Numbered from the stretch's first letter, positions 1-13,411 are shown. The stretch is 64,000 nt of DNA from an uncultured Bacteroidales bacterium (GCA_900314925.1 OMXC01000005.1:34346-98345), one strand, 5' to 3'. Numbers and translations are program-made. Notes: generated by a model from the sequence alone, not told the origin.

Positions 1-32
1 TGAGACCCCGCAATGTTATTTTTCGGATATGT

Positions 33-3000
33 CTACTTGGCATTCTCGGCGCTCATGGCTGCGGCGCTGCCGACCACGAGATCCTGATACTCGCGCAGGC
101 CGGTGCCGGCGGGTATGAGGTGACCGACGATGACGTTCTCCTTCATACCCATCAGGGTGTCGCGCTTGGCGTTGATGGCGGCCTCGGTAAGCACCTTGGT
201 AGTCTCCTGGAAGGAGGCGGCGGAAATGAACGACTTGGTCTGCAGAGAGGCGCGGGTAATACCCTGGAGCACCTGTTTGCAGGTGGCCGGGCGTGCATCG
301 CGCACAGTGACAAGCTTCTTGTCCTGACGACGCAGAGCCGAGTTCTCGTCGCGCAGCTCGCGGGCCGTTACAATCTGACCCTCGAAGAGCTTGGTGCTGT
401 CACCCGGGTCTTCGACATACTTCATGCCAAAGATGCGGTCATTGACATCATTGAAGTCGAGACGGTTGACAAGATCGCCCTCAAGGAAACGGGTGTCGCC
501 CGGATCTTCAATCTCTACCTTGCGCATCATCTGACGCACAATGACCTCAAAGTGTTTGTCATTGATCTTAACACCTTGCAGACGGTAGACTTCCTGGACC
601 TCATTGACGATGTATTCCTGCACCTTCATCGGGCCCTTGATGGCGAGGATGTCGCTCGGCGTGATGGCGCCGTCGGAGAGCGGCGTACCAGCCTTGACAT
701 AGTCGCTGTCCTGAGCCAGAATCTGTTTGGAAGTGGGAATGAGGTACGAACGCTGCTCACCAGTCTTGGAAGTGAGGGTGACCTCACGGTTGCCACGTTT
801 GAGCTTCTTGGCGATAGACACCTCACCGTCAATCTCGGCGACGATGGCGGGATCGGACGGATTGCGTGCCTCAAAGAGCTCGGTGACACGGGGCAGACCG
901 CCGGTGATATCGCCAGCCTTGCCGAAGGAACGCGGTATCTTGACCATAATGTCACCAGCTTTCAGCTTCTGACCCTGGTCGACACCAATGTGGGCACCGA
1001 CCGGGAGGTCGTATACCTTCAGTATGTTGCCTTCACTGTCAACAATGTTGAGGGTCGGGTTCTTGGTACGCTGGCGGCTTTCAATGATCACCTTGTCCTG
1101 CAGACCCGTCTGGGCATCACTCTCGACACGGTAGGTAACGTTTTCAATGACGTTCTCGAACGACACTTTACCAGCAACATCCGAGATAATGACAGCGTTG
1201 TAAGGATCCCACTCTGCGATAAGGTCGCCCTTCTGCAACTGTTCGCCAGAAGCTTTGTAAAGCTTGGCACCATAAGGCAGGAGCGAAGAGAAGAGCGTGA
1301 CATCGGTACGATTGTCGACAATACGCATCTCGGCCGAGCGTCCCATGACAATGTGATAATTGTTGCCCTCATCGTCCTTGTAAGGTATGGAACGAAGCTC
1401 GTCAATGACAAGGCGGCCCTCATACTTAGCCTGCAGGCTTGAGGTAGTACCAATGTTGCCACCGGCCACGCCACCGACGTGGAATGTACGAAGCGTCAGC
1501 TGTGTACCGGGTTCACCGATAGCCTGTGCGGCAATGACACCGACAGCCTCGCCTTTCTGAACCATCTTGCCAGTGGCAAGGTTGCGGCCATAGCACTTGG
1601 CGCAGACGCCATGCTTGGATTCGCAGGTAAGCACGGAACGAATCTCGACTTCCTCGATGGGAGAGGCCTCAATAATCTTGCAGATTTCTTCGGTAAGCTC
1701 TTCACCGGCATGGGCGATGAGTTCACCGGTCTGGGGATGGTAAATATCGTGTACGGAGGTGCGGCCGAGAATCTTCTCGCCGAGGCTCTGGACAATATCC
1801 TCACCTTTCTTGAGTGCGGTTGTGGGCAGACCGCGCAGGGTGCCGCAGTCCTCCTCTGTGATGATGACATCGTGAGCCACATCAACAAGACGACGGGTAA
1901 GGTAACCAGCGTCAGCCGTCTTAAGAGCGGTATCGGCAAGACCCTTACGGGCACCATGGGTGGAGATGAAGTACTCAAGCACCGAGAGACCTTCCTTGAA
2001 GTTGGACACAATGGGGTTCTCAATAATCTCATTGCCAGCGCTGCCAGCCTTCTGAGGCTTGGCCATAAGGCCACGCATGCCGGAGAGCTGACGAATCTGC
2101 TCCTTGCTACCACGAGCACCCGAATCGTACATCATATAGATTGGGTTGAAGCCTTGGTTGTCGGCCTTGAGCTGTTTCATCAACGTCTCGGTGAGCTGGT
2201 TGTTTGTATTGGTCCAGATATCGATGACGTGATTGTAACGCTCGTTATTGGTGATAAGACCCATAGCATACTGCGCCATAACTTCTTCAACCTCCTCATT
2301 GGCTTTCTCAATGAGCTGCTCTTTCTCGGCAGGAATAATGACATCACCGAGGTTGAACGAGAGACCGCCACGGAATGCCTGGCGATAGCCCATATTCTTG
2401 ATATCATCAAGGAACGAGGCAGTGACAGCGTTACCACACTCAGTGAAGATATCACCGATGATGTCACGCAGGGATTTCTTACCCATGACCTGGTTGATGA
2501 AACCATACTGTTCAGGAACCACCTGGTTGAAGATGATACGACCAACAGTAGTACGCAGGCGATTTGTCTTGATATAATGACCATTGGCATCAACAATGAC
2601 ATTGCCCTCGCGGTCACGTTTCACCTCATATTCGGTGCGGCTGTGTTGCGCTGTCTCGGCAGGAGTGGCACAATCAATGTCTGTAAGAACATTGCCGTCC
2701 TTATCCTTGATGACCTCCATAAAGGTCTTGTCACTCTTAATATAGCTGTACTCGTCTTGGCCCTCGGGCAGCGGTATCTGAACACTGATGCAAGCATTCA
2801 GATCAACACGTTTCTCGTTGTAGGCTATAATAACCTCTTCAGGAGAATAGAAACGCTGGCCCTCACCTCGAACAATATCAGTAGCTGTGTTATGGCGCGG
2901 CTTGGTCATATAGTACAGACCGAGCACCATATCCTGCGACGGAACGGTGATAGGAGCACCGTTGGCAGGGTTGAGGATATTGTGGGTGGAGAGCATGAGC

Positions 3001-4508
3001 AACTGAGCTTCAAGAATAGCAGCATTGCCCATAGGGACATGTACTGCCATCTGGTCACCATCGAAGTCTGCATTGAAACCAGTACACACCAGCGGGTGCA
3101 GACGAATAGCCTTTCCCTCTACGAGCTTCGGTTGGAAAGCCTGTATACCAAGACGGTGGAGCGTAGGTGCACGGTTCAGCAGAATTGGATGTCCCTTTAA
3201 GATGTTCTCCAGTATTTCCCATACGACGGCCTCCTTACGGTCGACAATCTTCTTAGCGCTCTTGACGGTCTTCACCAGGCCACGCTCAAGAAGCTTACGA
3301 ATGATATACGGCTTAAAGAGTTCTGCGGCCATATCCTTGGGCAGACCGCATTCATGCATCTTCAACTCGGGGCCGACGACGATAACCGAACGACCGGAAT
3401 AGTCGACACGCTTACCAAGCAGGTTCTGACGGAAACGGCCTTGCTTACCCTTCAAGGCATCGGAGAGCGACTTGAGGGCACGGTTGCTTTCATTCTTTAC
3501 ACTGGAAACCTTACGGCTGTTATCAAACAGCGAGTCGACAGCTTCCTGCAACATACGCTTTTCATTACGCATGATGACCTCCGGAGCCTTAATCTCCACG
3601 AGACGTTTCAGACGATTGTTACGTATGATGACACGACGATACAACTCATTTATGTCAGATGTTGCAAAACGATTGCCGGCCAGCGGAACGAGCGGACGCA
3701 AATCGGGAGGGATGACAGGAATTATATTCATGATCATCCACTCAGGACGGTTGTCCATGCCGCGAGCCTGCATAGTACGCTGTGACTCTCTGAAAGATTC
3801 AATAACATTCAGGCGCTTCAATGCATCCTGTTTGCGAGCGACAGCTGTTGCATGAGAGGCTTCGGCGCGCAACTCATAGCTCAGTCTATCAAGATCGAGC
3901 TCAGAGAGCAACGTATACAAAGCCTCCGCTCCCATACCGGCAATAAACTTGTCGGGGTCGCTATCTGGCAACTGTGCATTATCGGCAGGCAGAGAATCCT
4001 GAATGAGATAATAATCCTCCTCACTGAGCAGGTCAAGTTTCTGTACCGGCATCTCATTGAGCATAGCCTTACCAGGCTGAAGCACAATGTATTTTTCATA
4101 GTATATAACCTGATCCAGCTTCTTGGAAGGAATGTTAAGCAGAGTTCCTATCTTGTTTGGCAAAGAGCGGAAGAACCAAATATGAGCAACGGGAACAACA
4201 AGCTCAATATGTCCCATACGTTCGCGACGTACTTTTTTCTCGGTCACTTCAACGCCGCAACGGTCACAAACTATCCCTTTATAACGGATACGTTTGTATT
4301 TACCGCAATGACATTCCCAGTCTCTGGTGGGACCGAAAATACGCTCGCAGAACAGGCCATCACGCTCTGGCTTAAATGTGCGATAGTTTATGGTTTCAGG
4401 CTTCGTCACCTCGCCATAGGAGCGGCGCTTGATTGATTCTGGCGACGCAAGGCTAATGGTGATAGCATTGAAATCGGTTTTTAACTGAGTTTCTTGTTTA
4501 AAAGCCAT
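33..4508 (-). CDS. rpoC: DNA-directed RNA polymerase subunit beta'
   Basis: 1491-aa ORF. It has the zinc-binding [23 protein letters not shown] segment and the catalytic NADFDGD motif, and lies directly downstream of rpoB. Confidence 0.98.
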   Translation of the reverse strand: MAFKQETQLKTDFNAITISLASPESIKRRSYGEVTKPETINYRTFKPERDGLFCERIFGPTRDWECHCGKYKRIRYKGIVCDRCGVEVTEKKVRRERMGHIELVVPVAHIWFFRSLPNKIGTLLNIPSKKLDQVIYYEKYIVLQPGKAMLNEMPVQKLDLLSEEDYYLIQDSLPADNAQLPDSDPDKFIAGMGAEALYTLLSELDLDRLSYELRAEASHATAVARKQDALKRLNVIESFRESQRTMQARGMDNRPEWMIMNIIPVIPPDLRPLVPLAGNRFATSDINELYRRVIIRNNRLKRLVEIKAPEVIMRNEKRMLQEAVDSLFDNSRKVSSVKNESNRALKSLSDALKGKQGRFRQNLLGKRVDYSGRSVIVVGPELKMHECGLPKDMAAELFKPYIIRKLLERGLVKTVKSAKKIVDRKEAVVWEILENILKGHPILLNRAPTLHRLGIQAFQPKLVEGKAIRLHPLVCTGFNADFDGDQMAVHVPMGNAAILEAQLLMLSTHNILNPANGAPITVPSQDMVLGLYYMTKPRHNTATDIVRGEGQRFYSPEEVIIAYNEKRVDLNACISVQIPLPEGQDEYSYIKSDKTFMEVIKDKDGNVLTDIDCATPAETAQHSRTEYEVKRDREGNVIVDANGHYIKTNRLRTTVGRIIFNQVVPEQYGFINQVMGKKSLRDIIGDIFTECGNAVTASFLDDIKNMGYRQAFRGGLSFNLGDVIIPAEKEQLIEKANEEVEEVMAQYAMGLITNNERYNHVIDIWTNTNNQLTETLMKQLKADNQGFNPIYMMYDSGARGSKEQIRQLSGMRGLMAKPQKAGSAGNEIIENPIVSNFKEGLSVLEYFISTHGARKGLADTALKTADAGYLTRRLVDVAHDVIITEEDCGTLRGLPTTALKKGEDIVQSLGEKILGRTSVHDIYHPQTGELIAHAGEELTEEICKIIEASPIEEVEIRSVLTCESKHGVCAKCYGRNLATGKMVQKGEAVGVIAAQAIGEPGTQLTLRTFHVGGVAGGNIGTTSSLQAKYEGRLVIDELRSIPYKDDEGNNYHIVMGRSAEMRIVDNRTDVTLFSSLLPYGAKLYKASGEQLQKGDLIAEWDPYNAVIISDVAGKVSFENVIENVTYRVESDAQTGLQDKVIIESRQRTKNPTLNIVDSEGNILKVYDLPVGAHIGVDQGQKLKAGDIMVKIPRSFGKAGDITGGLPRVTELFEARNPSDPAIVAEIDGEVSIAKKLKRGNREVTLTSKTGEQRSYLIPTSKQILAQDSDYVKAGTPLSDGAITPSDILAIKGPMKVQEYIVNEVQEVYRLQGVKINDKHFEVIVRQMMRKVEIEDPGDTRFLEGDLVNRLDFNDVNDRIFGMKYVEDPGDSTKLFEGQIVTARELRDENSALRRQDKKLVTVRDARPATCKQVLQGITRASLQTKSFISAASFQETTKVLTEAAINAKRDTLMGMKENVIVGHLIPAGTGLREYQDLVVGSAAAMSAENAK

Positions 4509-4535
4509 GTTCTCTTTATTCTTATTTGGAACCTA

Positions 4536-7500
4536 TTAATCAAATGTTACCTCAAGACCAAGGCCACGGAGTTCGTGAACGAGGACATTGAAAGATTCGG
4601 GAATGCCAGGAACGGGCATGTTGTCACCCTTGACAATAGCCTCATATGCCTTGGCACGACCCATGACATCATCACTCTTCACCGTAAGCACCTCCTGAAG
4701 GACATGCGATGCACCATAAGCCTCGAGAGCCCATACCTCCATCTCACCAAAACGCTGACCACCAAAGTTGGCTTTACCACCGAGCGGCTGCTGCGTGATG
4801 AGTGAGTACGGACCAATGGAACGAGCGTGCATCTTGTCATCAATCATATGATGCAGCTTGAGGTAGTAGATATAGCCAACAGTAGCAGGCTGGTCAAAGC
4901 GCTCACCGGTCTCGCCGTCGTAGAGGTAGGTACGGCCATTCTCAGGCAGTCCTGCTTCACGCATGTAGCCATTGATCTGTTCCAGAGTGGCACCGTCGAA
5001 GATAGGCGTCTTAAAGCGTTTACCCAGTTTCTTACCTGCCCAGCCAAGGACTGTTTCGTATATCTGTCCAAGATTCATTCGCGAAGGCACACCAAGAGGA
5101 TTGAGGACAATGTCAACAGGTGTACCATCAGCCAAGAATGGCATATCCTCAGCACGTACAATCTTTGAAACAATACCCTTGTTACCATGACGACCAGCCA
5201 TTTTGTCACCTATGCGCAGCTTGCGTTTCATAGCGATATAAACCTTGGCCATCTGAACAATTCCGCTGGGCAGGTCATCACCGACGGTTAAGGCAAACTT
5301 ATTGCGCAGGAAACGACCGTTAATCTCACGGAATTTGATATTGTAATTGTTCAACAACTCTTTTATAAGAGCATTGGTCTCCTTATCAGTAGTCCATTTG
5401 TTGGGGCTCACCTCAGTGTAGTCAATAGCCTTGAGGGTTTTGGCTGTAAACTTGACCTTCTTGGGAATAAGTTCCTCACGATGATTTGTATAGACACCAT
5501 TGGAAACCTTACCGTTCAAAATCACCAACAACTGGGCGATAAGTTTTTCCTTCAACTCCTCGCACTCAAAACGGAACTCTTCCTCGGGCTTTGCCAACAA
5601 CTCTTTCTCTTTGGCACGAGCTTTACGGTCACGCACCACGCGAGCAAAAAGCTTCTTGTCGATAACTACACCATGCATTGAAGGCGGCACTTTGAGGGAT
5701 GCATCCTTGACATCTCCTGCTTTTTCACCAAAGATTGCACGCAGAAGTTTCTCTTCAGGCGTAGGATCAGACTCACCCTTCGGAGTTATCTTACCAATAA
5801 GGATGTCACCTTCCTTGACCTCAGCTCCAATACGGATTATACCGTTTTCATCAAGGTCCTTGGTAGCATCGTTGCCAACATTGGGAATGTCACGAGTGAG
5901 CTCTTCATTGCCACGCTTGGTCTCACGTACCTCAAGTGTGAACTCCTCAACATGGACCGATGTGTAGATATCCTCACGAACCACACGCTCGGAGATAACA
6001 ACAGCATCCTCAAAGTTATAACCCTTCCATGGCATGAATGCGACCATCATATTGCGACCCAAGGCAAGTTCACCTCCCTGTGTAGCATATCCTTCGCATA
6101 GTACCTGACCTTTTTTTACCTTGTCGCCCTTCTTCACAATAGGACGCAAGTTGATGGCGGTGGAGTGATTTGTACGCTGATATTTTGTCAGCTTATATTC
6201 TTTAATATCATCATCGAACGAGACTAAACGCTCTTTCTCGGTACGGTTGTGGCGGATAACGATCTTGGTGGAGTCGACATACTCGACAACACCGTCTGCT
6301 TCCGCATTAAGCAACACACGACTATCATGAGCCACAGCTTCCTCGATACCTGTTCCAACAATGGGTATTTCGGGGTTGAGCAGAGGCACAGCCTGACGCA
6401 TCATGTTCGAACCCATCAACGCACGGTTCGCGTCATCATGCTCAAGGAATGGGATGAGTGATGCAGCAATAGATGCAATCTGGTTTGATGCAATGTCAAT
6501 AAGGTCAATCTCCTCAGGCGCAACGATGGGGAAGTCTGCCTGACGACGTGCTTTGACACGCGGCACAGTGATATGTCCTTCTTCATCCTGCGGCGTGGTA
6601 GCTTGTGCCACAGTTTTGTTTTCCTCAGCTTCAGCCGACAGGTATACCGGTGGCTCGTTGAGCATTACCTGTCCGTTGACGACACGCTGATACGGAGTCT
6701 CTATAAATCCAAGCTCGTTAATCCTGGCATAGACACATAGTGAGGAGATAAGACCAATATTAGGACCTTCAGGTGTCTCAATGGTGCAGAGACGACCATA
6801 GTGAGTATAGTGGACATCACGAACCTCGAAGCCTGCACGCTCACGAGACAGACCGCCAGGACCAAGAGCAGAGATACGACGTTTATGCGTCAATTCTGCC
6901 AAAGGATTGGTCTGATCCATAAATTGGCTCAACTGGTTGGTGCCAAAGAATGAATTGATGACCGAAGACAACGTCTTGGCGTTGATAAGCTCTGTCGGCG
7001 AGAAAAGCTCGTTATCGCGCACATTCATACGCTCACGTATCGTACGACTCATTCGAGCGAGTCCAACGCCAAACTGGTTAGACAACTGCTCGCCTACAGT
7101 ACGAATACGACGGTTCGACAAGTGGTCAATATCGTCAACCTCTGCCTTTTGGTTGATGAGTTCAACCAAATATTTGATAATTGAGGTGATATCTTCTTTT
7201 GTAAGGACACGCACATTGTCGGGAACATCAAGCCCGAGTTTTGTGTTAATTCTATAACGTCCTACATCACCTAAATCATAACGTTTCTCAGAGAAGAATA
7301 ACTTCTCAATAATGCTACGTGCCGTCTCTTCATCTGGCGGCTCGGCATTACGCAACTGCCTATAAATGTACTCACAAGCTTCTTTAGCATTGTTGGCAGT
7401 ATCTTTTTTGAGGGTATTGTAGATTACTGAATAATCAATACCGTCCTTGTCCTCTGTCTTGATAAGAATTGACTTCACATCAAGCGAGAGAATCTTTTCT

Positions 7501-8339
7501 ATATGTTCCTCTGTAAGCTCTACATCGCGCTCAATGACAACTTCCGTACGCTCCATGGAAACGACCTCGCCGGTATCCTCATCCACAAAATCCTCGGTCC
7601 ATGCCTCAACCACACGAGCTGCGAGCTGCTTGCCAATAACTTTCTTGAGGTTATTGCGAGTAACCTTGACTTCCTCTGCTAACTCAAAGATATCAAGAAT
7701 ATCCTTGTCCGACTCATATCCAATGGCACGCAATAGCGTGGTTATCGGGAGTTTCTTCTTACGGTCGATATAAGCATACATCACATTGTTTATATCGGTC
7801 GTGAACTCCATCCAAGAACCCTTAAACGGAATGATACGCGCTGAATAGAGTTGAGTACCGTTCGAGTGGAACTGTGTACCAAAGAACACACCTGGAGAAC
7901 GGTGCAGCTGAGACACAACAACACGTTCAGCACCGTTGATGACGAAGGTACCCTTCGGTGTCATATACGGTATCATGCCCAAATAGACATGCTGTTCTTG
8001 TGCTACGAAATCTTCGTTCTCGGGATCTTTGCAGCTCAACTTCATCTTGGCCTTCAGTGGCACACTATATGTAAGGCCACGCTCAATGCACTCCTCTATG
8101 CTGTAACGAGGAGGATCGATGTAATAATCCAAGAATTCAAGTTCAAAATTATTTCGCGCATCAGTGATGGGGAAATTCTCTTTAAAGACCTTGAACAACC
8201 CTTCATCGAGGCGGTTGTCAGGGTTGGTCTCTATCTGGAAAAAGTCTTTGAACGACTTTACCTGAATGTCGAGAAAATCCGGGTAATCAAATTTGCGTAC
8301 CGACGCGAAATTTACTACTGTGGGGTCTTTCTTTGCCAA
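4536..8339 (-). CDS. rpoB: DNA-directed RNA polymerase subunit beta
   Basis: 1267-aa ORF with conserved segments such as [12 protein letters not shown] and [18 protein letters not shown]. Canonical rplL-rpoB-rpoC order. Confidence 0.98.
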   Translation of the reverse strand: MAKKDPTVVNFASVRKFDYPDFLDIQVKSFKDFFQIETNPDNRLDEGLFKVFKENFPITDARNNFELEFLDYYIDPPRYSIEECIERGLTYSVPLKAKMKLSCKDPENEDFVAQEQHVYLGMIPYMTPKGTFVINGAERVVVSQLHRSPGVFFGTQFHSNGTQLYSARIIPFKGSWMEFTTDINNVMYAYIDRKKKLPITTLLRAIGYESDKDILDIFELAEEVKVTRNNLKKVIGKQLAARVVEAWTEDFVDEDTGEVVSMERTEVVIERDVELTEEHIEKILSLDVKSILIKTEDKDGIDYSVIYNTLKKDTANNAKEACEYIYRQLRNAEPPDEETARSIIEKLFFSEKRYDLGDVGRYRINTKLGLDVPDNVRVLTKEDITSIIKYLVELINQKAEVDDIDHLSNRRIRTVGEQLSNQFGVGLARMSRTIRERMNVRDNELFSPTELINAKTLSSVINSFFGTNQLSQFMDQTNPLAELTHKRRISALGPGGLSRERAGFEVRDVHYTHYGRLCTIETPEGPNIGLISSLCVYARINELGFIETPYQRVVNGQVMLNEPPVYLSAEAEENKTVAQATTPQDEEGHITVPRVKARRQADFPIVAPEEIDLIDIASNQIASIAASLIPFLEHDDANRALMGSNMMRQAVPLLNPEIPIVGTGIEEAVAHDSRVLLNAEADGVVEYVDSTKIVIRHNRTEKERLVSFDDDIKEYKLTKYQRTNHSTAINLRPIVKKGDKVKKGQVLCEGYATQGGELALGRNMMVAFMPWKGYNFEDAVVISERVVREDIYTSVHVEEFTLEVRETKRGNEELTRDIPNVGNDATKDLDENGIIRIGAEVKEGDILIGKITPKGESDPTPEEKLLRAIFGEKAGDVKDASLKVPPSMHGVVIDKKLFARVVRDRKARAKEKELLAKPEEEFRFECEELKEKLIAQLLVILNGKVSNGVYTNHREELIPKKVKFTAKTLKAIDYTEVSPNKWTTDKETNALIKELLNNYNIKFREINGRFLRNKFALTVGDDLPSGIVQMAKVYIAMKRKLRIGDKMAGRHGNKGIVSKIVRAEDMPFLADGTPVDIVLNPLGVPSRMNLGQIYETVLGWAGKKLGKRFKTPIFDGATLEQINGYMREAGLPENGRTYLYDGETGERFDQPATVGYIYYLKLHHMIDDKMHARSIGPYSLITQQPLGGKANFGGQRFGEMEVWALEAYGASHVLQEVLTVKSDDVMGRAKAYEAIVKGDNMPVPGIPESFNVLVHELRGLGLEVTFD

Positions 8340-8449
8340 GGGACTGAAATGATTAATCTTTTTCTATTACTTATCGCAGTTTAAGGAAGCGTACCCATTA
8401 TTAGGGCTCGGAGTGTTTCTATAGGTGGAAACTACATTCCACGGCAACA

Positions 8450-8489
8450 AGGAATAGGCACTCCGGTCGCAGCCGGAGGCCCTATTCCT
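8450..8489 (-). promoter_or_regulatory. Long stem-loop between rplL and rpoB (attenuator/terminator-like)
   Basis: Plus strand aggaataggcactccgg / tcgcag / ccggaggccctattcct forms an imperfect ~17-bp inverted repeat. The position matches the known rplL-rpoB attenuator location in other bacteria. There is no clear U-tract. Confidence 0.4.
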
Positions 8490-8514
8490 CGTATTTATGA
8501 GAAGGTGGGTAACC

Positions 8515-8898
8515 TTACTTGATCTCGACTTCGGCACCAGCCTCTTCGAGAGCTTTCTTCAGGCTCTCAGCCTCGTCCTTCGACACGCCTTCCTTAACAG
8601 GCTTGGGGGCGTTGTCAACCAGCTCCTTGGACTCTTTCAGACCGAGGGAGGCCATATCCTTAACAGCCTTCACAACACCAAGTTTCTTGGTCTGATCGGG
8701 AACACCCTTCAGGATAACGTCGAAGGAGGTCTTCTCCTCAGCGGCGGCGGCGCCAGCGGCGGCGGGGCCGGCGGCAACTGCGACAGCAGCGGCGGCGGGT
8801 TCAATGCCGTACTCCTCTTTCAGGACGTCAGCGAGTTCTTTAACTTCCTTAACGGTAAGGTTAACCAGTTCTTCAGCGATAGCTTTAATGTCTGCCAT
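8515..8898 (-). CDS. rplL: 50S ribosomal protein L7/L12
   Basis: 127 aa with an Ala-rich hinge ([22 protein letters not shown]) and a conserved C-terminal domain ending [10 protein letters not shown]. Confidence 0.97.
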   Translation of the reverse strand: MADIKAIAEELVNLTVKEVKELADVLKEEYGIEPAAAAVAVAAGPAAAGAAAAEEKTSFDVILKGVPDQTKKLGVVKAVKDMASLGLKESKELVDNAPKPVKEGVSKDEAESLKKALEEAGAEVEIK

Positions 8899-8984
8899 GA
8901 CTATTTGTTTTTTAATGTTTTACTTTTTGTTTGTTATTAATTTGGCCTTATTTAAAGGCTGGCCGTAGCCTTCGCGCTGTGGCT

Positions 8985-9515
8985 TTATGCCTCGCGCTCC
9001 TCCAAAGTTTTCAGTACACCGGTAATGGTATTGCCACCCGACTGCAGCTGCGATATAACGTTCTTGATCGGCGACTGCAGCAGAGCCACGACATCGGCAA
9101 TGAGCTCGTTCTTGGACTTGATGTTGACCAAGGCATCGAGGTTCTCGTGACCGATATAGAAGCACTCTTCGACATACGCACCTTTGAGGATAGGCTTCTC
9201 AGCATTCTTCTCGGCGGCGCGGAAGCTCTTTATAAGCTTGGCGGGTGCATTGTTGGTGTTCGAAAGCATTATGGCGGTTTCACCCTTGATCACAGGGAAC
9301 AGCTCGGAATAGTCAAAACCTGACTTCTCGAGAGCCTTGATGAGAAGAGTGTTCTTTACAACCTCCAGCTTCACCTCGTTGCGGAAGGCGGCACGACGCA
9401 GCTTGCTGGTCTGCACCGAGTTCAAGCCTCCAATGTCTGCAATATAGAGACTGTGGTAGGCCTTAATCTCTTCGCACAGGGCGTCGATGTGCTGGTCTTT
9501 CAGTTCTTTTCTCAT
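8985..9515 (-). CDS. rplJ: 50S ribosomal protein L10
   Basis: 176 aa. It sits between rplA and rplL, and length and sequence are typical of L10. Confidence 0.93.
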   Translation of the reverse strand: MRKELKDQHIDALCEEIKAYHSLYIADIGGLNSVQTSKLRRAAFRNEVKLEVVKNTLLIKALEKSGFDYSELFPVIKGETAIMLSNTNNAPAKLIKSFRAAEKNAEKPILKGAYVEECFYIGHENLDALVNIKSKNELIADVVALLQSPIKNVISQLQSGGNTITGVLKTLEEREA

Positions 9516-9539
9516 AATGTTTCTTACGTTTTTAAAAGG

Positions 9540-10235
9540 TTACAGCGTAGCGGCTTTGGTGTCAACTTTCACGCCAGGGCTCATCGTGCTGCTGATGGCG
9601 ATGCTCTTCACATAAGTACCCTTGGCGGCACTCGGCTTAAGCTTCATAATCATCTGGAGCACTTCCTTGGCGTTTTCAACGATCTTCTGGTCGTCGAAGG
9701 AGCACTTGGCCACGGCGGTATGAATAATACCGAACTTGTCGACCTTGAAGTCGATCTTACCAGCCTTGGCTTCCTGGACAGCCTTGCCAACTTCCATCGT
9801 AACAGTGCCTGTCTTGGGGTTGGGCATCAGGCCACGGGGACCAAGGATGCGGCCGAGGGCACCAATCTTGGGCATGCAGCTGGGCATGGTGATGATGACA
9901 TCCACATCAGTCCAACCACCCTTGATCTTGGTGATGTACTCGTCCAAGCCATAGTAATCGGCACCGGCAGCCTTTGCCTCTTCCTCTTTGTCGGGTGTGC
10001 AGAGCACAAGGACACGAACAGTCTTACCCGTGCCGTGAGGCAGGGTGACGCTGCCGCGCACCATCTGGTTGGCCTTGCGGGGGTCAACACCGAGACGCAC
10101 ATCGATGTCGACAGAAGCGTCAAACTTGGTGAAGGTAATGTTCTTCACGATGCTGACAGCCTCTTCGAGGGAGTAGAATTTGCTGCCATCAAATTTGGCA
10201 ACAGCCTCTTTCTGTTTCTTGGTAAGTTTTGCCAT
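9540..10235 (-). CDS. rplA: 50S ribosomal protein L1
   Basis: 231 aa with L1-like sequence ([27 protein letters not shown]). Lies in the rplK-rplA-rplJ order. Confidence 0.96.
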   Translation of the reverse strand: MAKLTKKQKEAVAKFDGSKFYSLEEAVSIVKNITFTKFDASVDIDVRLGVDPRKANQMVRGSVTLPHGTGKTVRVLVLCTPDKEEEAKAAGADYYGLDEYITKIKGGWTDVDVIITMPSCMPKIGALGRILGPRGLMPNPKTGTVTMEVGKAVQEAKAGKIDFKVDKFGIIHTAVAKCSFDDQKIVENAKEVLQMIMKLKPSAAKGTYVKSIAISSTMSPGVKVDTKAATL

Positions 10236-10304
10236 TTCTTTCTGTTTTTGTGGTCACCGCACTTTCGCTCGCGCTACTTATGCTACCACTGTTACTAACT
10301 TCTT

Positions 10305-10748
10305 TTACTTCTTCAAGGGATTCTCACCCGTAACGGTGATACCCATGCTGCGGGCAGTGCCAGCCACCATGCTCATGGCGCTCTCAATCGTGAAGCAATT
10401 GAGGTCGGGCATTTTGGCCTCGGCAATCTGGCGCACCTGCTCCCAAGTGACGGAGGCGACCTTCACGCGGTTGGGCTCACCAGAGCCTTTCTGCGCCTTG
10501 GACATCTCCTTCAACTGGACAGCGACAGGAGGAGTCTTAAGAACAAAGTCAAAGGACTTGTCGGTATACACAGTGATGATAACAGGCACAATCTTACCGG
10601 CCTGATCCTGTGTACGGGCATTGAACTGCTTGCAGAACTCCATGATGTTCACACCCTTGGCACCCAGAGCGGGTCCCACGGGAGGAGCGGGGTTGGCAGC
10701 AGCGCCTTTGATTTGCAGCTTAATCAATCCTGCAACTTCTTTTGCCAT
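10305..10748 (-). CDS. rplK: 50S ribosomal protein L11
   Basis: 147 aa with [22 protein letters not shown], typical of L11. Confidence 0.96.
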   Translation of the reverse strand: MAKEVAGLIKLQIKGAAANPAPPVGPALGAKGVNIMEFCKQFNARTQDQAGKIVPVIITVYTDKSFDFVLKTPPVAVQLKEMSKAQKGSGEPNRVKVASVTWEQVRQIAEAKMPDLNCFTIESAMSMVAGTARSMGITVTGENPLKK

Positions 10749-10781
10749 TGATTTACTGTTTTAATAGGTTAGTTGATAGGG

Positions 10782-11327
10782 TTACTGATCTTTCTCAACC
10801 TGCGAGAAACTGAGCTCAAGGGGTGTCTTGCGACCGAAGATCTTGACAGTTACCTTCAATTTCTTCTTATCTTCGTTCACCTCCTCGACCACACCGACAA
10901 AACTGTTGAACGGTCCGTCGATGACTTTCACATTCTCGCCAACAATGAAACGGTCCATCATCTCGCTTCCGTCCACATTCTCGTCCATCTTGCCGAGAAT
11001 ACGGTTCACCTCGGCCTGGCGCATTGGTATCGGCTTACCCTCGCGTTCACGAAGGAAGTCGAGCACATTGGGCAGATTCTGGATGACGGGGATGATCTCA
11101 TCGCGAAGATCAGCCTCGATGATGACATAGCCCGGGAAGAAGTTACGTTCTTTGATAACCTTCTTGCCGTTGCGTATAGCCACCACTTGCTCGGTAGGAA
11201 TCAGCACAGTGGGCACATCGTTGCTCCAGCCACGTTTGGCCATTTCGCTTTCGATATACTCTTTGGCTTTCTTCTCCTTGCCGCTGATTGCCCTCACGAC
11301 ATACCATTTTTTCTCCTGCTGTTCCAT
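10782..11327 (-). CDS. nusG: Transcription termination/antitermination factor NusG
   Basis: 181 aa with N-terminal WYVVRAISGKE (NGN domain) and a C-terminal KOW motif (GENVKVIDGPFNSFVGVVEEV). Lies between secE and rplK. Confidence 0.95.
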   Translation of the reverse strand: MEQQEKKWYVVRAISGKEKKAKEYIESEMAKRGWSNDVPTVLIPTEQVVAIRNGKKVIKERNFFPGYVIIEADLRDEIIPVIQNLPNVLDFLREREGKPIPMRQAEVNRILGKMDENVDGSEMMDRFIVGENVKVIDGPFNSFVGVVEEVNEDKKKLKVTVKIFGRKTPLELSFSQVEKDQ

Positions 11328-11475
11328 TGCTGTTGGTTAATAAAGGACAGTGAAAATATACGTTTATCCACTTCTTTGTTACCACGCTCGCACATTCCCC
11401 GCGTCGACAGACTCAAAATAATGAGTTTTGGGAAGCAAGACTGTCGATGCTTTGGGATGGGGCATGACGCACGTC

Positions 11476-11691
11476 TTATCCAAAGAACGAATAGAAGTAT
11501 CCAAGTAAGCCTTTCCAGCCCCACGGCTGAACGCCGAAGACGACGTCCATGATGAGGACTACGACGGCGATGACAAGAGCTGCCACAGCAACCACAACGG
11601 CGCTGCTCTGCAGTTCCTTGAACGAAGGCCACGACACTTTGTGCACAAGTTCGTCGTAGCTCGACTTCACATATTCACCAAACTTTGACAT
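11476..11691 (-). CDS. secE: Preprotein translocase subunit SecE
   Basis: 71 aa with a single C-terminal TM helix. Canonical position between tRNA-Trp and nusG. Confidence 0.85.
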   Translation of the reverse strand: MSKFGEYVKSSYDELVHKVSWPSFKELQSSAVVVAVAALVIAVVVLIMDVVFGVQPWGWKGLLGYFYSFFG

Positions 11692-11735
11692 TGTATATTG
11701 TTACTAAACTAGTTTGTACTTTCTTTTTTCTTAGC

Positions 11736-11809
11736 TGGCAGGGGCAGAGAGAATCGAACTCCCAACCACGGTTTTGGAGACCGCCATTATACCATTTAAC
11801 TATGCCCCT
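11736..11809 (-). tRNA. tRNA-Trp (anticodon CCA)
   Basis: The reverse complement reads AGGGGCATAGTT...GGTCTCCAAAACC...GGTTCGATTC...TGCCCCTGCCA. This gives a 7-bp acceptor stem, a CUCCAAA anticodon loop, a T-loop and an encoded CCA. Confidence 0.93.
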
Positions 11810-11811
11810 GT

Positions 11812-11839
11812 AAAGCCGCACCGCTCTCGGTGCGGCTTT
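11812..11839 (-). terminator. Stem-loop downstream of tuf
   Basis: aaagccgcaccg / ctct / cggtgcggcttt is a perfect 12-bp inverted repeat between the tuf stop and tRNA-Trp. Confidence 0.5.
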
Positions 11840-11855
11840 TATAATAGACTATTGA

Positions 11856-13043
11856 TTATTCAATAATCTTGGTCACCTGACCGGAACCAACGGTGCGGCC
11901 ACCCTCGCGGATAGCGAAGCGCAGGTTCTCGTTCAGAGCGATGTCGGCGATAAGCTCGACGGTGATCGTCAGGTTGTCGCCAGGCATGACCATCTCGCGG
12001 CCATCGGGCAGGGTGATGGTGCCGGTCACGTCAGTGGTACGGAAGTAGAACTGCGGACGATAGTTGTTGTGGAACGGGGTGTGACGGCCGCCTTCCTCTT
12101 TCTTCAGGATATAGACAGCAGCCTCGAATTTGTGGTGAGGTTTCACCGAGCCGGGCTTGGCGATAACCATACCGCGACGGATCTCGTTCTTGTCGATACC
12201 GCGGAGCAGCAGACCCACATTGTCGCCAGCTTCACCCTCGTCGAGGATCTTGCGGAACATCTCGACGCCGGTGACGGTGCTCTTCAGCTTCTCGGCACCC
12301 ATACCGATGATGTCGACGGGGTCGCTGGTGTGGATAACACCAGTCTCGATACGACCGGTGGCAACGGTGCCACGGCCGGTGATGCTGAACACGTCCTCGA
12401 TGGGCATCAGGAAGTCTTTATCTTTCTGACGGACAGGTTCGGGAATCCAGTTGTCGACGGCATCCATCAGCTCTTCAACAGCCTTGACACCGCTAGGCTC
12501 ACCGTTAAGGGCGGCGAGGGCGGAACCACGGATGATGGGGATATTGTCGCCATCGAAATCATAGGAGCTCAGGAGCTCGCGGATTTCCATCTCAACGAGG
12601 TCGAGCAGCTCGGGATCGTCAACAAGGTCGCACTTGTTCAGGAACACAACGAGCTGGGGAACACCAACCTGACGGGCGAGCAGGATGTGCTCACGGGTCT
12701 GGGGCATGGGACCGTCGGTGGCGGCCACAACGAGGATAGCACCGTCCATCTGGGCAGCACCGGTAACCATGTTCTTCACATAGTCGGCGTGACCCGGGCA
12801 GTCGACGTGAGCGTAGTGACGCTTCTCGGTCTGATACTCAACGTGAGCGGTGTTGATGGTGATACCGCGCTCTTTCTCTTCGGGAGCGGAGTCGATGCTG
12901 TCGAAGCTCTTCACCTCAGAGAGGCCCTTCTCGGCGAGGACCTTGGTGATAGCGGCGGTGAGGGTGGTCTTACCGTGGTCAACGTGGCCAATGGTACCGA
13001 TGTTGACGTGCGGTTTGGAACGATCGAATTTTTCTTTTGCCAT
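11856..13043 (-). CDS. tuf: Elongation factor Tu
   Basis: 395 aa with GTPase motifs [17 protein letters not shown] and NKCD. Confidence 0.98.
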   Translation of the reverse strand: MAKEKFDRSKPHVNIGTIGHVDHGKTTLTAAITKVLAEKGLSEVKSFDSIDSAPEEKERGITINTAHVEYQTEKRHYAHVDCPGHADYVKNMVTGAAQMDGAILVVAATDGPMPQTREHILLARQVGVPQLVVFLNKCDLVDDPELLDLVEMEIRELLSSYDFDGDNIPIIRGSALAALNGEPSGVKAVEELMDAVDNWIPEPVRQKDKDFLMPIEDVFSITGRGTVATGRIETGVIHTSDPVDIIGMGAEKLKSTVTGVEMFRKILDEGEAGDNVGLLLRGIDKNEIRRGMVIAKPGSVKPHHKFEAAVYILKKEEGGRHTPFHNNYRPQFYFRTTDVTGTITLPDGREMVMPGDNLTITVELIADIALNENLRFAIREGGRTVGSGQVTKIIE

Positions 13044-13159
13044 TTTAATACGTATTAAATGTTAACAAATACTATAATTTCACGTTTAACGAGGGCGTGC
13101 CCTACGGCTTGCGTCCTCTTGTTTTTCTTTCTCCCTTGCCGTTTCCGGCAAAAAAAGAG

Positions 13160-13231
13160 AGCCACAGACGAGAGTCGGACTCGTGACCTCTTCCTTACCA
13201 AGGAAGCGCTCTACCACTGAGCTACTGCGGC
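13160..13231 (-). tRNA. tRNA-Thr (anticodon GGT)
   Basis: Reverse complement GCCGCAGTAGCTCAGTGGTAGAGC..CCTTGGTAAGG..GGTCACGAGTCCGAC..CTGTGGC. Cloverleaf with anticodon loop UUGGUAA. Confidence 0.9.
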
Positions 13232-13316
13232 TTGCTGTTACTCACTCTCTCTTTTGAGTACCCTTTCTCTTTGAAAGCGGGGCTTTGTGTTCTCTTCTGT
13301 CTCACCGCTTTTGTTG

Positions 13317-13389
13317 AGCGGAAGACGGGGCTCGAACCCGCCACCTATAGCTTGGAAGGCTATCGCTCTACCAAATGAGCTACTTCCGC
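13317..13389 (-). tRNA. tRNA-Gly (anticodon TCC)
   Basis: Reverse complement GCGGAAGTAGCTCATTTGGTAGAGC..GCCTTCCAAGC..GGTTCGAGCCC..CTTCCGC. Confidence 0.9.
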
Positions 13390-13411
13390 TTTCTGAAGTA
13401 TTGGTATTTCG

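Noticed and set aside
120-3200. Long plus-strand ORFs (440 aa and 573 aa) antisense to rpoC.
   Set aside because: They lie fully inside the well-supported rpoC gene on the opposite strand. Their sequences are low-complexity and rich in L/V/G/D/H. These are typical shadow ORFs of GC-biased codon usage.
8899-9539. Ribosomal-protein leader RNAs (L10 or L1 leaders) in the rplK-rplA-rplJ-rplL spacers.
   Set aside because: The spacers are short (24-86 nt), and I could not recognise a conserved leader fold by eye. This would need an Rfam/Infernal scan.
12069-13058. 329-aa plus-strand ORF antisense to tuf.
   Set aside because: It overlaps EF-Tu entirely and has no recognisable motifs. It is a shadow ORF.
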